A DNA stretch of 64,000 nt, taken from contig JALOTC010000001.1 in the NCBI GenBank assembly GCA_025458085.1, positions 1,808 through 65,807 of the forward strand. The letters run 5' to 3'. Position numbers and translations under genes: made by a program. Source of the stretch: Cypionkella sp. GTDB taxonomy: Bacteria; Pseudomonadota; Alphaproteobacteria; Rhodobacterales; Rhodobacteraceae. Under the pieces are notes generated by a model, which saw only the letters and a program-made list of their open reading frames with translations, searched no databases and was not told the DNA's origin. Below are positions 39,545 through 52,244 of the stretch, piece after piece. Position 1 is the first letter of the stretch, and each line of letters starts with the position of its first letter.

Positions 39545-41934
39545 ATGAATTTGGAGAAATTCACGGAACGGTCGCGCGGGTTCCTTCAGGCGGCGCAGAC
39601 CATTGCGATGCGGGAAAGCCACCAAAGATTGGCGGCAGAGCATCTGCTTAAGGCGCTGATGGATGATGATCAGGGCATGGCTGCCAATCTGATCCGCCGG
39701 GCCGGGGGGGAACCTTCCCGCGTGGCCGAGGCGGTGGAAGGGGCACTGAAAAAGCTGCCCAAGGTGTCTGGCGATGCGCAGCCCTTTACCGACCCGTCGC
39801 TGGTTAAGGTGTTGGATGAGGCAGAAAAGCTTGCCAAAAAGGCGGGCGACAGTTTTGTGCCGGTGGAGCGCATCCTGATGGCATTGGCCATGGTGCCGGG
39901 GGCGGCCAAGGCCTGCCTTGATGCGGGGGCGGTGACTGCGCAAAAGCTGGCAGAGGGCAAGATTGACCCGATCATCGGACGCGATGAGGAAATTCGCCGC
40001 GCGATGCAGGTGCTGTCGCGCCGGACGAAGAACAACCCCGTCCTGATTGGCGAGCCGGGTGTGGGGAAAACCGCGATCGCCGAGGGGCTTGCCCTACGGA
40101 TCGTGAATGGAGATGTGCCGGAATCCTTGCGCAACAAAAAGCTCTTGGCGCTGGATATGGGTGCGCTGATCGCCGGGGCGAAATATCGTGGCGAGTTTGA
40201 GGAACGCCTAAAGGCGGTGTTGTCCGAAGTGACGGCGGCCGAGGGCGAGGTCATCCTGTTCATCGACGAGATGCACACGCTTGTCGGCGCGGGCAAATCG
40301 GATGGGGCGATGGATGCGGCGAACCTGATCAAGCCGGCACTGGCGCGGGGGGAATTGCATTGCGTAGGCGCGACCACGCTGGATGAATATCGCAAATATG
40401 TGGAAAAGGACGCTGCCCTTGCCCGCAGGTTCCAGCCTGTGATGGTAGAAGAGCCGACGGTGGAGGATACGATTTCCATCCTTCGCGGGATCAAGGAGAA
40501 GTACGAACTGCACCATGGCGTGCGGATTTCGGACTCGGCCCTTGTGGCCGCGGCCACCCTGTCGCACCGCTATATCACGGACCGATTCCTGCCCGATAAG
40601 GCGATTGACCTGATGGATGAAGCCGCCAGCCGCCTGCGGATGGAGGTGGATTCGAAGCCCGAGGAGCTGGATGCGCTGGACCGTCAGATCCTGCAATTTC
40701 AAATCGAATCCGAGGCGTTGAAGAAAGAGGATGACGCGGCCAGCAAGGATCGGCTGGAACGGCTGGAGAAAGAACTGGCCGAGTTGCAGCAGAAATCGGC
40801 CGAGATGACCGCGAAATGGCAGGCAGAGCGTGATAGCCTTGAGGCGGCGCGGGGGCTGAAGGAACAGCTAGATGCGGCGCGGGCCGAACTGGAACAGGCC
40901 AAGCGCGAAGGCAATTTCGCCAAGGCGGGCGAGTTGCAATATGGCCGGATTCCGGGGCTGGAGAAATCGCTGGCCGAGGCCGAGGCGCGCGAAGGTGAGG
41001 CGCTGGTGGCCGAAGCGGTGCGGCCCGAACAGATTGCCGAGGTTGTCGAACGCTGGACCGGGATTCCTACCACCAAGATGCTGGAGGGGGAGAAGGAAAA
41101 GCTTTTGAAGATGGAGGACGAACTCGGCCAGCGGGTCGTGGGCCAGCGCGCGGCGGTGGAAGCTGTGAGCCGTGCCGTGCGCCGGTCACGCGCGGGGCTG
41201 TCGGATGAAAACCGGCCGCTTGGGTCTTTCCTCTTCCTTGGCCCGACGGGTGTGGGCAAGACGGAACTGACCAAGGCACTTGCGGAATATCTGTTCGATG
41301 ATGATAGCGCGATGGTCCGCATCGACATGAGCGAATTCATGGAAAAGCACTCCGTCGCCCGCCTGATCGGCGCGCCGCCCGGTTATGTGGGCTATGATGA
41401 GGGCGGAGTGCTGACCGAAGCCGTGCGCCGCCGCCCCTATCAGGTGGTGCTGTTCGACGAGGTGGAGAAGGCGCATCCGGATGTGTTCAATGTGCTGTTG
41501 CAGGTTCTGGATGATGGCCGCCTGACCGATGGTCAGGGCCGCGTGGTGGATTTCAAGCAGACGCTGATCATCCTGACGCGGCGGCCGCAAAGGCCGAGGT
41601 GATGGAGGCGGTGCGCGCACATTTCCGGCCCGAATTCCTGAACCGTCTGGATGAGCAGGTCATCTTTGATCGGCTGACGCGGGCCAATATGGGCGGGATC
41701 GTGGAGATCCAGTTGAAGCGGCTCGAAAAGCGGTTGGCCGCGCGGAAGATTGTGCTGGAACTGGACGCTGCCGCGAAGGATTGGTTGGCGGATGAAGGCT
41801 ATGACCCGGTCTTTGGTGCGCGCCCCCTGAAGCGTGTGATCCAGCGCCAGTTGCAGGACCCTCTGGCCGAAATGCTGCTGGCGGGCGATGTGCTGGATGG
41901 CACGACCGTCACGGTGACCGCTGGCCCAGAGGGG
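39545..41934 (+). pseudogene. clpB: ATP-dependent chaperone ClpB, with three deletions as sequenced (probably artefacts)
   Basis: [31 protein letters not shown]; linker missing at ~39949, frameshift at ~41578 removes TSN, native C-terminus and stop missing at ~41934. Confidence 0.9.
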
Positions 41935-41959
41935 AAGGGCGGGGGTTACCCCGCCCTTT
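41935..41959. terminator. Bidirectional terminator between clpB and rmuC
   Basis: aagggcgggg-gtta-ccccgccctttt. Confidence 0.75.
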
Positions 41960-43016
41960 TCATTCCGCTGCCTGTGGCCCGATCAAGGGCGCGGGGTCAT
42001 TAGGGGCCAATTCCTCGAAATCGAAATTATCCAGCCTGCGGGCGCGTTTCGTGGCCTTGTCCGAGGAAATCTTGATCTCCTCGATATCTTTCGCGGCTTG
42101 GCCAAAATGCCGGTCAAGGTTTTCGACTCTGGTCGATAGCCGTTCAACATCGGCATAAAGGAGCGACAGTTCCTTGCGGATCGCGCCTGCCTGTTCGCGC
42201 ATCCGCGCATCTTTCAGCACGGCCCGCATCGTGTTCAGCGTGGCCATGCAGGTGGTGGGCGATACGATCCAGACCTTGGCGGCAAAGCCTTCGCGCACGA
42301 CATCGGGGAAATTGGCGTGAAGTTCGGCATAGACTGCCTCGGACGGCAGGAACATCAGCGCGCCATCGGCGGTTTCGCCTTCAACGATGTATCGTTCGGA
42401 AATGGCCCGGATATGCGCGCGCACGGCGGTGCGCAGCATTTGCCCTGCCTCTTGCGCCTGACGCGGGGTTTCGGCCCGGCGCAGCGCCTCATACGCTTCC
42501 AGCGGGAATTTCGCGTCGATCACGATGGTCGTGCAACTGGATCTCGCCAAAGGCCCCGCGGGTCTGTTTGTTGGACAGAATATCCTGCAAGGACAAGACA
42601 TTGCCGGAAAGCTTTTCGATCTTTTCCTGCGCCTTGTCGATGGTTTCCAGCCGTTGCTGCAATTCGCCAAGGCTGCGGGCGGTGCGGGTTGCGGTGCCGT
42701 GCAGGCTTTCGCCCATGCTCCGCTGCACTTCGGCCAAGCGCTGCTCCATGACCTTGAGCATGGCGCTTTGGCTATGGGCCTGCGCCTCTGACACATGGTG
42801 CAGGCCACCGGCCAAGCGTTCCTGCCCTTCGCCCAATTGCTGCACGCGCTGCGACAGCCAGCCCATTTCGCGCATTAAGGGTTCCGCCGCACGGGCAGAG
42901 CGCCCTGCCGCGCGAAGCGTCAAGAGAAGGAGGAGGAGAAGCGCAAGCGCCAAGCCGCCTAGAAGCAAAACCTCGGGGTCGGTCAGGGCATAGGTCTGGC
43001 CAAAAAGCGTAATCAT
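41960..43016 (-). pseudogene. rmuC: DNA recombination protein RmuC, frameshifted at ~42527 as sequenced (probably an artefact)
   Basis: KQTRGAFGEIQLHD in one frame; IVIDAKFP, MFLPSEAVYAE and VSPTT in another. Confidence 0.88.
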
Positions 43017-44869
43017 CTGCGGCCAAAGAGCTTTTCGATATCAGGGAGTTTGAGTTCCACATAGGTGGGGCGGCCATGGTTGCATTGGCCCGACAGGGGC
43101 GTTGCCTCCATCTCTCGCAACAGAGCATTCATTTCCTCGGGGCGCATCTGGCGACCCGAGCGGACGGACCCGTGGCAGGACATTCGCGACAAGACCGCAT
43201 CCATCCGTGCGCGCAGCCTCTGGCTTTGCCCCTGATCGGCCAGTTCATCAAGGATATCGAGGAGAAGCGCCCGCGCATTGACTTGGCCCAACAGCGCAGG
43301 CACTTCGCGCACGGCCATGGCGCCGGGGCCGAAGGCTTCGATCACCAGTCCCGCCTCCTCGAGCGCGGGCGCTGCATCCAGAAGGCGGGTGGCGTCGGTC
43401 GGGGAGAGTTCCACGATTTCAGGGATCAACAGGGCCTGCCGGGTGATGCCTTGCTGGGCTTGCTGGCGTTTCAGCCGTTCATAGACCAGCCGTTCATGGG
43501 CAGCGTGTTGATCAACGATCACAATCCCATCAGCGGTTTGCGCGATGATATAGTTTTCATGCACCTGCGCGCGGGCGGCGCCAAGCGGATGGCTGGACGC
43601 TGGTTCTGCGATTGGGGCCGCGTCTATGCGCGCGGCAGGGGCTTCGGCGAAGCCGGGTTCCTGCGCGGGGGGCAGTGAGGGGGCCTGTGCGGCAAAGGCT
43701 GCGGCAAGGGCAGAGGCAGCGGGACGGTTTACCTGCCAGAGTGACGACTGCGCTGGCCGTTGCATGGGCGGTTCCGGCCGAAATGCGGCCAGCGTTTCTG
43801 CACCCACGGTGGAGGAGGCACGATGGCCCGCGCCAGAGAGCGCATGACGCAAGCCCGTGATGATCAGCGACCTTGCGGCTTCGGGTTCGCGAAATCGGAC
43901 CTCGGCCTTGGCGGGGTGGACGTTCACATCCACCCGTTCCGGATCGACCGACAGGTTCAGAACGGCGGCGGGGTGCCGGTCGCGCGAGAGCACATCGAAA
44001 TAAGCCACCCGCAGCGCGCCCAGAAGAAGTTTGTCCTGCACCGGACGGCCATTGACGAAAACGAATTGCTGCGTGGAGGATCCGCGTGAATAAGTGGGCA
44101 GTGCGGCATAACCTGCCAGATGCAGGCCATCGCGTTCGACATCGATCTTGAGCGCGTTTCCGGTGAAATCGGCCCCAAGGATGCCGGTAAGCCGCCCATG
44201 CAGGGCATCGAAGAAATCACCCGATTGCGGATCGGCACGAAAGATCGTGCGGGGGGTGCCATCGCTGACTTCGTTCAGCGTGAAACCCACCAGCGGTTCG
44301 GCCATGGCAAGGCGGCGGACCACTTCGGCAATCGCCTGCGCCTCTGCCCTGTCTGTGCGCAGGAATTTCAGCCGTGCGGGCGTGGCGTGGAACAGATCGC
44401 GCAGTTCTACCACTGTGCCGCGCGACAGGGCGGCAGGTCGGACCGGGCCAAGGCGCCCCCCGGTGACGGTGATCTGTGCCGCGTCTTCGCCCGCCGTGCG
44501 CGAGGTAATGGTGAGCCGCCCGACTGCGCCAAGCGACGCCAACGCCTCCCCCCGAAAGCCGAAGGACCGGATGTTCAGAAGATCGGAGCCATCGATCTTG
44601 GAGGTGGCATGGCGGGCCACGGCAAGAGGCAGGTCCGCAGCCCCCATGCCGCAGCCATCATCAGTGACCCGGATCAGCGTTTTCCCACCATCGGCGAAAT
44701 CCACGGTGATCCGCGTGGCCCCCGCATCCAGCGCGTTTTCCACCAGTTCCTTCACGGCAGAGGCGGGGCGTTCCACCACCTCTCCCGCGGCGATACGGTT
44801 GATCGCCGCCTCGTCCAACTGGCGGATCACGGGCCGGTCTGTGGATATATTGGGGGTCTGAACATTCAT
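43013..44869 (-). CDS. mutL: DNA mismatch repair protein MutL
   Basis: [25 protein letters not shown] endonuclease motif, CNHGRP. Confidence 0.97.
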   Translation of the reverse strand: MNVQTPNISTDRPVIRQLDEAAINRIAAGEVVERPASAVKELVENALDAGATRITVDFADGGKTLIRVTDDGCGMGAADLPLAVARHATSKIDGSDLLNIRSFGFRGEALASLGAVGRLTITSRTAGEDAAQITVTGGRLGPVRPAALSRGTVVELRDLFHATPARLKFLRTDRAEAQAIAEVVRRLAMAEPLVGFTLNEVSDGTPRTIFRADPQSGDFFDALHGRLTGILGADFTGNALKIDVERDGLHLAGYAALPTYSRGSSTQQFVFVNGRPVQDKLLLGALRVAYFDVLSRDRHPAAVLNLSVDPERVDVNVHPAKAEVRFREPEAARSLIITGLRHALSGAGHRASSTVGAETLAAFRPEPPMQRPAQSSLWQVNRPAASALAAAFAAQAPSLPPAQEPGFAEAPAARIDAAPIAEPASSHPLGAARAQVHENYIIAQTADGIVIVDQHAAHERLVYERLKRQQAQQGITRQALLIPEIVELSPTDATRLLDAAPALEEAGLVIEAFGPGAMAVREVPALLGQVNARALLLDILDELADQGQSQRLRARMDAVLSRMSCHGSVRSGRQMRPEEMNALLREMEATPLSGQCNHGRPTYVELKLPDIEKLFGRR

Positions 44870-44913
44870 ACCCCCAACTGTAGCAGGCTGTGGCCCGGAG
44901 GGCCACAGATTCG

Positions 44914-46224
44914 CTATTGCGTGGATTGCAGACCTTCGGGCTGACCCACCACCACGAAATGCAGATCCTCTGCGCGATACAGCGCGGCGGCGACGCGGCG
45001 TATGTCTTCCATTGTCACGGCTTCGACCTTGGCGTTGCGGGTGCTGGGATAATCGGGCGCGAGGCCGATCATCTGCATCCCGACAAGCATAGAGGCAATC
45101 CGCCCATTACCATCGAACCGCAGCGGATAGCTGCCCGTCATATAGGTTTTCGTGGTGGTGAGTTCTTCCTCTGTCACGCCATCCTGCGCGATGCGCGCCC
45201 ATTCGGCGCGGGTCACCTCGATCGCTTCGCGCACTGTGCCATTCGCGCTGCTGAATTGGCCCATGTACAGTTCGGCCTGATCGTAGCCGACAAGATAGCT
45301 ACCGATGCCGTAGGTCAGGCCGCGGCGGTCGCGCACCTCTGACATCAGGCGAGCGCTGAAGCGGCCGCCGCCGAGGATTTCATTGAGAATAGAGGCGGCG
45401 AAGAAATCGGGGTCATCGCGCTTGATGCCTTCATGGGCAAAGAGGACGGTGGATTGCGGCCCCGGAAAATCCACGACCGTGACCCCGCCGGTCAGGTTCA
45501 TCGGCGCACGGGGCGGCAGGGGCGCGCCCGTTTCCGGCAGGCTGGCAAAAAGCCCGTCCAGCATCGCGCCAAGGTCCGCGGCCGAGATATCGCCTGCTGC
45601 CGCCACATAGATGCGGTCCCGCGCGATCGCGGCACGATGGGCGGCAAGGATGTCATCACGGGTCAGGCCTGCGACGCTGTCTTCTGTGCCATCGCCTGCG
45701 CTGCCATAGGGATGGTCGCCAAAGGCCAGTTCCTTGAGCTTGCGCGAGGCGAGCGTGCCCGCATCCTTGGCGTCTGATCGGATATTGGCCAGAACCTGCC
45801 CGCGCACCCGTTCGATCGCGTCTTGGTCAAAGCGCGGCTCTGTCAGGGCGCGGCGCAACAGATCCACCGCTTGATCGCGGTTTTCTGTCAGGAACCGGGC
45901 AGAGACGGCGATGGTATCTTCATCTGCCGAAAAGGACATATTCGCCGCCAGCGCATCGCGGGCGCGGGCGAAGGCCAGCGAATCCAAATCGCCGGTGCCT
46001 TCTTCGATCAGGGCGGTCATCAGGTTGACCGCCCCACGCGCATCGGGCGCATCCAGCGAGGTGCCGCCCCGGAACCGGATTTCCAGCGCGGTGAAGGGGA
46101 TATTCGCATCCTCGACCAGCCAAGCGGTGATCCCGCCGGGGGAGGTGACGGTCTGAATGTCGATTTCCGCCCGTGCAGGCAGGGCAACGGCGACGATCAG
46201 GGCTGCAAGGCGCAGGATTTTCAT
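44914..46224 (-). CDS. M16 peptidase family, non-catalytic subunit
   Basis: Signal peptide; [22 protein letters not shown]; lacks HxxEH. Confidence 0.88.
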   Translation of the reverse strand: MKILRLAALIVAVALPARAEIDIQTVTSPGGITAWLVEDANIPFTALEIRFRGGTSLDAPDARGAVNLMTALIEEGTGDLDSLAFARARDALAANMSFSADEDTIAVSARFLTENRDQAVDLLRRALTEPRFDQDAIERVRGQVLANIRSDAKDAGTLASRKLKELAFGDHPYGSAGDGTEDSVAGLTRDDILAAHRAAIARDRIYVAAAGDISAADLGAMLDGLFASLPETGAPLPPRAPMNLTGGVTVVDFPGPQSTVLFAHEGIKRDDPDFFAASILNEILGGGRFSARLMSEVRDRRGLTYGIGSYLVGYDQAELYMGQFSSANGTVREAIEVTRAEWARIAQDGVTEEELTTTKTYMTGSYPLRFDGNGRIASMLVGMQMIGLAPDYPSTRNAKVEAVTMEDIRRVAAALYRAEDLHFVVVGQPEGLQSTQ

Positions 46225-47564
46225 TGGCTTGCCTCCTCTTCCGGCAGAAGCCAGCCGGTTACGGCCTGTCTCTGGTCCAGCACCGCGACAGCGGCCTGCA
46301 CCACATCTTCGGGGGTCACGGCCTCCAGAACGGCGGGCCAATTTTCCACATCCTCGACCGTCAGACCGACAGCCAAGGCTTCGCCATAGCGGCGGGCAAG
46401 GCCACCCACATTGTCTTGGGCATAGATTTGCCCGGCGCGGATCTGGGTCTTGATCCGGGCGAAATCATCCGGGTCCGGGCCGGTTTCGATGAATTCGGCA
46501 ATCACGGCATCCATCGCCGCTTCGGCCTTGTCCAGGGGGGTGCCGGGGGTTGGCACGACGACAAGGCCAAAGGTCGTGTCATCCACCGCCGTCCCATCGT
46601 AAAAGGCCGAGGAATAGACCGCCACAGGTTCCGGCCCGAATTGCAGGGCTTGTGCAAAGAGCGAGGTCTGGCCCGATCCGCCGAGGAGTTCCGCCAGAAT
46701 GGTCAGCGCGGCGGCCTTTTCCTGCGCGCCAGAATCGCGTTCAGGGGCAATATAGCTGCGGATTACATAGGGTTCAGACACACGGGCATCGCGATAGGTC
46801 AGCCGACGTTCGGCGATCTGCGGCGGCTCTGCCGGACGGGCACGCGGGGGGATACCGTCTGACGGCAAAAGCGGGCCGTAATGGCGTTCTGCCATGTCGC
46901 GCACCGCATCCGGGGTCACATCACCCGCGACGACGAGGATCGCGTTGTTTGGTGCATAATAAAGGCGATAGAAATCCAGCGCATCCTGTTGCGACAGCCC
47001 CTCCATCTCGTGCTTCCAGCCGATGATCGGGATGCCATAGGGATGGTTCAGGAACTGCGCCGCGCGCATCTGTTCGTTGAGCAAGGCGCCGGGGGACGAA
47101 TCGGTGCGCTGCTTTCGTTCTTCAATGATGACCGCGCGTTCGGTGACCACATCCTCTTCCAGAAGCTGGAGGTCGCGCATCCTGTCGGCTTCCATCTGCA
47201 TCATCAGATCAAGCCGGTCGGCGGCGACACGCTGGAAATAGGCGGTGTAATCCCAACTGGTGAAGGCGTTGTCGTCGCCGCCATTCGCCTCTACCGTGGC
47301 AGAGAATTCGCCGGGGGCCAGATCATCGGTGCCTTTGAACATCAGATGTTCAAGGAAATGGGCAATGCCGGATTTGCCCGGCGGTTCGTCGGCGGCGCCC
47401 ACGCGATACCACATCATCTGCGTCACGGCAGGGGCGCGATGATCTTCGATCACCACCACGTCAAGGCCGTTTGCCAGTTGGAAGGTCGTGATATCGGGGC
47501 CGGGCGTATCGGCAAGGATGGGCGTGGCCGTCAATAGGGCAAGCGCGAGCACGCGTCGGAACAT
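46221..47564 (-). CDS. M16 peptidase family, catalytic subunit
   Basis: GIAHFLEHLMFKGT, NAFTSWDYTAY. Confidence 0.93.
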   Translation of the reverse strand: MFRRVLALALLTATPILADTPGPDITTFQLANGLDVVVIEDHRAPAVTQMMWYRVGAADEPPGKSGIAHFLEHLMFKGTDDLAPGEFSATVEANGGDDNAFTSWDYTAYFQRVAADRLDLMMQMEADRMRDLQLLEEDVVTERAVIIEERKQRTDSSPGALLNEQMRAAQFLNHPYGIPIIGWKHEMEGLSQQDALDFYRLYYAPNNAILVVAGDVTPDAVRDMAERHYGPLLPSDGIPPRARPAEPPQIAERRLTYRDARVSEPYVIRSYIAPERDSGAQEKAAALTILAELLGGSGQTSLFAQALQFGPEPVAVYSSAFYDGTAVDDTTFGLVVVPTPGTPLDKAEAAMDAVIAEFIETGPDPDDFARIKTQIRAGQIYAQDNVGGLARRYGEALAVGLTVEDVENWPAVLEAVTPEDVVQAAVAVLDQRQAVTGWLLPEEEASQ

Positions 47565-47662
47565 GTCAGCCTCCGGATTGCGATTGGGGCAAAGCTACGG
47601 TGAATGTGACCGGATTCAACCGCCCTCGCGCGGGCGGGCGCGCAAACCTGCGTTACCGTCTG

Positions 47663-48187
47663 TTATTGGGTTTCGCCTTCTTGCGGCGGTGGGGCCGAAG
47701 GTGTGCGCACACCAAGCTGACGCCAGCGGAACAGTTCCGCGTGCTGATCCAGCGACATGTTTTCATAGGCACGGTAGTAGACGTTCACGTTGAACAGCCG
47801 CTCCAGGATGCGACCGTTGTTGTCGCGCCGCCATTGCAGGTCTTCGGCGGCGAGGGTCTGGCGAATGTCTGTGTTCAAGCCAAACCGCGACACATGGGTC
47901 AAAAGGCCCCCGTCGAGTCCGGCTCCGCGCGCGGGATTACCGCCAAGGGCCACGATTGCATCTGCCTCTGGTGTCGGATCGGTGCGGTTGATCCCCCCCG
48001 GCGTTGGTTCCGGAAGTGCAGCCAGATCTTCAGGCATTTGCAGAGGTTTGGGAGGCAAAATCCCAAACTCATCCGGCCCGTCGGTAGAAGAGCGCAGGTT
48101 CATCAGCTCTGGCGGGCGATCACCCCCGCCACAGGCGGACACAATCGCCGCGATGGCCATCGCGAGGATCACCCGACCTGTTTGCAT
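47663..48187 (-). CDS. DUF3035-like lipoprotein
   Basis: Lipobox VSAC; GPDEF..PPKPL..P, LPEPTPG. Confidence 0.75.
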   Translation of the reverse strand: MQTGRVILAMAIAAIVSACGGGDRPPELMNLRSSTDGPDEFGILPPKPLQMPEDLAALPEPTPGGINRTDPTPEADAIVALGGNPARGAGLDGGLLTHVSRFGLNTDIRQTLAAEDLQWRRDNNGRILERLFNVNVYYRAYENMSLDQHAELFRWRQLGVRTPSAPPPQEGETQ

Positions 48188-48239
48188 GCCTGCCTCCGAA
48201 CCTTGTCTTGCCTCGTCTTAACCCAATCCAATGCCTGCG

Positions 48240-48743
48240 TCACGGGGTCTTTCGCGAGCCTTTGACCTTGGCAGGCGCGTCCTTGTCGCCCCCGGTAAAC
48301 AGAACAAGCCCGATCGCCCCGGCAAAGATGGCGATATCAGCCACGTTGAAAGCATAGGGATTTTCAATTCCACAGCAGGACATGTTCAGGAAATCGGCGA
48401 CAGCGCCATAGACCAGACGGTCGACCACATTGCCCAAAGCCCCGCCGATCAGCAAACCCGCCGAGATTTGCGCCCAACGGCCAGGGTTTTCACGGCTGAC
48501 CCAGACCCAGACCCAGACCGAAATGGCCAGGGCGATGGCGATCAAGAGCCAGCGCATAAAATCGGCATCGCCTGCAAAAAGGCCAAAGTTGATGCCGCGA
48601 TTCCAGGCCATGCGAAACACGAGAAACGGGGGGGCCACTTCGATGACACCGCGTTCGATCAGGTTCAGACCCTGCACCACTGCGAGTTTGCTTGCCTGAT
48701 CGACGACAAAGGTCGCCCCGGCCACGATCCACGCAAGCTTCAT
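48240..48743 (-). CDS. lspA: Lipoprotein signal peptidase II
   Basis: DQASK, NRGINFG, GGALGNVVDR, FNVADI. Confidence 0.95.
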   Translation of the reverse strand: MKLAWIVAGATFVVDQASKLAVVQGLNLIERGVIEVAPPFLVFRMAWNRGINFGLFAGDADFMRWLLIAIALAISVWVWVWVSRENPGRWAQISAGLLIGGALGNVVDRLVYGAVADFLNMSCCGIENPYAFNVADIAIFAGAIGLVLFTGGDKDAPAKVKGSRKTP

Positions 48744-48806
48744 CCTGTCCCCCGATGCTGTTGCCCGCCCGATGTAGGGCGGGCTATTGCCAGATGAAAG
48801 GCCGCC

Positions 48807-50396
48807 TCAGTGCCGGAAATGGCGCATCCCGGTAAAGACCATGGCCAGCCCCGCCTCATCGGCGGCGGCGATCACCTTGTCGTCGTTCATGCTTCCACCC
48901 GGCTGAATCACCGCCGTGGCCCCGGCCTCTGCCGCGGTCAGTAGCCCGTCGGGGAAGGGGAAGAAGGCGTCAGAGGCCACGACAGAACCGCGCGTCAGCG
49001 GCGCGGGCAGGCCCAGTGCTTCGGCCATGTCTTGCGCCTTGCGCGCGGCGATGCGGGTTGAATCCACCCGGCTCATCTGGCCCGCGCCGACACCCACGGT
49101 CGCCCCATCCTTCACATAGATGATGGCATTGGATTTCACATGCTTTGCCACAGTCCATGCAAAGAGCAAGTCTGCCATTTCCGCCTCGGTCGGGGCGCGT
49201 TTCGTGACAACCTTCAAGGCCGAGGGGTCAAGGCGGCCCGCGTCGCGGTCTTGCACCAGAAAGCCGCCCGCAACCTGCTTGAAGGCAAGGCCCGTGGCGC
49301 GCGGGTCGGCAAGGCCCCCGGTTGTCAGCAGGCGCAGGTTCTTTTTCGCGGCAAAGATGGCTTTGGCCTCCTCGCTTGCGCCCGGGGCGATGACGACTTC
49401 GGTGAAGATTTTCACGATTTCTTCCGCCGTTTCGGCATCCAGCGGTTGGTTCAGCGCGACGATCCCGCCAAAGGCGCTGGTCTGGTCGCAGACATAGGCG
49501 CGCTGATAGGCTTCTTTCAGGCTGGAGCCGCGCCCCACTCCGCAGGGGTTCGCGTGCTTGATGATCGCGCAGGCGGGGCCACCCTCAGGGGCGAATTCGC
49601 TCACGAGCTCAAAGGCCGCGTCGGTATCGTTGATGTTGTTGTAGGACAATTCCTTGCCCTGCCATTGCCGCGCTGTGGCCACGCCTTCCCGCCGCGACCC
49701 ATCGGTGTAGAAGGCCGCGCCCTGATGCGGGTTTTCTCCATAGCGCAGGCCCTGCGCCAGTTTCCCGGCAAAAGACCGATAGCGGGGGGCTGCCTCGCCG
49801 ATTTCGCCTGCAAGCCAAGTAGAAACAGCCGTGTCATAGGCGGCAGTGCGGGAATAGGCGGTGAGCGCAAGGCTTTGGCGGAACGCAAGCGTTGTGGCTC
49901 CGTTATGTTCCTCCATCTGCGCCAGAAGCGCGGGGTAATCGGCGGGGTCCGTCACCACGGCCACGAAGGCGTGGTTTTTCGAGGCAGCACGGATCATCGC
50001 CGGGCCGCCGATATCGATATTCTCGATGCAGGTGGCGTGATCCGCGCCTTTGGCGACCGTTTCCTCGAACGGATACAGGTTCACGATCAGGATATCGATC
50101 GGGCCAATCCCATGCGTCTCCATCGCGGCCTGATGTTCGGCATTGTCGCGCAGCGCCAAAAGCCCGCCATGCACCTTGGGATGCAGGGTCTTGACCCGGC
50201 CATCCATCATCTCGGGGAAGCCGGTGATGTCAGAGACGTCGCGGACCGGCAGGCCCGCCGTACGCAACATGCCAGAGGTGCCGCCAGTGGAAACAAGTTC
50301 CACCCCACGGGCATGAAGCGCGCGGGCAAGGTCCAACAGACCCGCTTTGTCGGAAACGGAAATCAGCGCGCGGCGCGGGGTGACGAGGTCGGTCAT
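48807..50396 (-). CDS. purH: Bifunctional AICAR transformylase / IMP cyclohydrolase
   Basis: [38 protein letters not shown]. Confidence 0.97.
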   Translation of the reverse strand: MTDLVTPRRALISVSDKAGLLDLARALHARGVELVSTGGTSGMLRTAGLPVRDVSDITGFPEMMDGRVKTLHPKVHGGLLALRDNAEHQAAMETHGIGPIDILIVNLYPFEETVAKGADHATCIENIDIGGPAMIRAASKNHAFVAVVTDPADYPALLAQMEEHNGATTLAFRQSLALTAYSRTAAYDTAVSTWLAGEIGEAAPRYRSFAGKLAQGLRYGENPHQGAAFYTDGSRREGVATARQWQGKELSYNNINDTDAAFELVSEFAPEGGPACAIIKHANPCGVGRGSSLKEAYQRAYVCDQTSAFGGIVALNQPLDAETAEEIVKIFTEVVIAPGASEEAKAIFAAKKNLRLLTTGGLADPRATGLAFKQVAGGFLVQDRDAGRLDPSALKVVTKRAPTEAEMADLLFAWTVAKHVKSNAIIYVKDGATVGVGAGQMSRVDSTRIAARKAQDMAEALGLPAPLTRGSVVASDAFFPFPDGLLTAAEAGATAVIQPGGSMNDDKVIAAADEAGLAMVFTGMRHFRH

Positions 50397-50412
50397 TGGG
50401 GCAACCCTTCGG

Positions 50413-52134
50413 TCAGAGGGGGACCGGCAGGTCATCCCGGTCCAGATCGCGGATGGCGGTGGGAGTATCCTGTGCCTTTGCCAAGGTCCAGCCGATTGAC
50501 GTCTCACCTTCTGTCGCATGCGCGGAAAGGACGATCTGTTTGCTGGCGCGCGGCCGCAGGCGGCCTTTTTCCAGATAGACGGAAGGCTCCAGCGCCAGTT
50601 TCGCGCGGCCATCGTGTCGAAAGACCCAGATTTCGCCGGATTTCAGCGCGATGGAAATGGCATGGCCACCCATGTCCAGAGTGGCATCGGCATCGGGATG
50701 CAAATGGAAACGGATGGTGAAGGGCACACCCTTCAGCGCCGTTTCCGTCAAGACCTCTTCAAACCGCGCCTTGCCTTTGGGGTTGAGCGCGACCAAACGA
50801 TCCTCGCCTGCGATATGACGCCCATCAGAAGACAGGGCGAGGTCGCGCGCATGGGTCAGACCATGGGTCAACGCCCAACCATCATGTGCGGCATGAAGCG
50901 CATGACCATCTTCGGCTGTCAGATGGCGCAACGTCAGCACATGGGCGCGTTCGGCCATGATGTCACCTGTGCCACGGCCAAAGCGCGAGGAAGAGACCCC
51001 TTCGATCGTCAGTGTGGAATGGGAAGGCGTAGCCCGCCCCGCCCGGCGCCATTCGGTGCCAAAGGGGGCACCCGAGCCGCAATTCACAATCAACGGGCGG
51101 CGGCCGGAGGTTGCCTCGAAAGCCAAGGTCGAGGCATGAGCAGAACGCCCCGCAGCGCCGCCGGGCGGATCGGCCCCATCGAACAAAAGAGTCGTGCGCC
51201 CGCCCGACAGCCGGACAAAGCCCATGGCCTGCGTCTGTGCTGCCGTTTTCACACCTGTCGCGGCCAAGGCTTGATCCAGCCTGCCCTCCATCCCGCGGCC
51301 CCCACCGTGAAAACGGGCAAGGCCGCCATCGGCGTGGCGCAGACTTCGCAGCGTCGGGGCGATGCGGTCCATTGCGGCGCGATGCGGCTCTGGCACCATG
51401 CGCCCGGCATCTGTCAGCGCAAGGGCCGCCCAGTTTAACAGGGTGAAAACTTCCAGCAATTCTTCGGGATTGCGGGTGGCGATCCCGCCCGAGGGATCGA
51501 CTTCGCGCGCTGCTTCTGCCGCCAAAGCCGAAGCAGCGGGACCTGCCAGCCCATCCAGCCCCATGAGCGATAGCCCTGCATAAAGCAGACCCGTCAGCGC
51601 TTCAAATCGGGGCAAGCCGGGCGCGGCGCGGTGCCAGTTTTTGGCCAGATAGCGAGTCTGGATCGTCAAGGCCGCGTAATAATCTTCTGTCGCGGCCCTG
51701 TCTGCGCCGGATAAAAGAAAGAGCGCATGGTGAATCCAGCGGATCACCCGCCGCCCGGTGAGATCCGGGTTCCAGCCCGGGCCTTTGCCACTGCCAAAGC
51801 GGGCGATCCAATCGCGGGTCCAGTTTTGTGCGCGCTGCCTTGCGGGCAGGTCGCCAAGCGCGGCAAGATCATCGAGCCAGACAAAGCCCTGCACTTCTGC
51901 TGCGAAATCGGCATCCGGCGGGCGCACCTCCCAGAGACCAAGATCGGCCGCTTCGACCAGTTGGCCCGCAAAAAGATAGTTCCCTGCCATCAACTGCCGC
52001 CCGCGGGCGACCATGCCGATCGACCGTGGTTCGGGCGAGAAGGTGAAGCCTGAAGCCTTTGGCCCGCGCGCCGCATGCCAGACGGCAAGACGTGACCGCC
52101 ATCCCCCGCTTGCGCCCGAGACCCTAGAGTTCAT
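50413..52134 (-). CDS. Heparinase II/III family protein
   Basis: [34 protein letters not shown]; sits upstream of purH. Confidence 0.8.
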   Translation of the reverse strand: MNSRVSGASGGWRSRLAVWHAARGPKASGFTFSPEPRSIGMVARGRQLMAGNYLFAGQLVEAADLGLWEVRPPDADFAAEVQGFVWLDDLAALGDLPARQRAQNWTRDWIARFGSGKGPGWNPDLTGRRVIRWIHHALFLLSGADRAATEDYYAALTIQTRYLAKNWHRAAPGLPRFEALTGLLYAGLSLMGLDGLAGPAASALAAEAAREVDPSGGIATRNPEELLEVFTLLNWAALALTDAGRMVPEPHRAAMDRIAPTLRSLRHADGGLARFHGGGRGMEGRLDQALAATGVKTAAQTQAMGFVRLSGGRTTLLFDGADPPGGAAGRSAHASTLAFEATSGRRPLIVNCGSGAPFGTEWRRAGRATPSHSTLTIEGVSSSRFGRGTGDIMAERAHVLTLRHLTAEDGHALHAAHDGWALTHGLTHARDLALSSDGRHIAGEDRLVALNPKGKARFEEVLTETALKGVPFTIRFHLHPDADATLDMGGHAISIALKSGEIWVFRHDGRAKLALEPSVYLEKGRLRPRASKQIVLSAHATEGETSIGWTLAKAQDTPTAIRDLDRDDLPVPL

Positions 52135-52244
52135 CCGCCTGTTCCGCCCTGTCTGCCCAAAGGTCGCCCGGATTCCCGGTGCTTGGACCAAGGGGAGGAT
52201 ATGCGCAAAGCGGCGCGCCTGTCACGCGGGGAAAGGGCTGGAGG

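Noticed and set aside
23684-43016. Programmed ribosomal frameshifting in amn, clpB or rmuC
   Set aside because: Conserved sequence is missing at each junction and there are no slippery heptamers; deletion or assembly collapse explains all three.
44914-47564. Catalytic plus non-catalytic M16 peptidase pair resembling mitochondrial processing peptidase
   Set aside because: A common, known arrangement beside lspA and mutL in Alphaproteobacteria.
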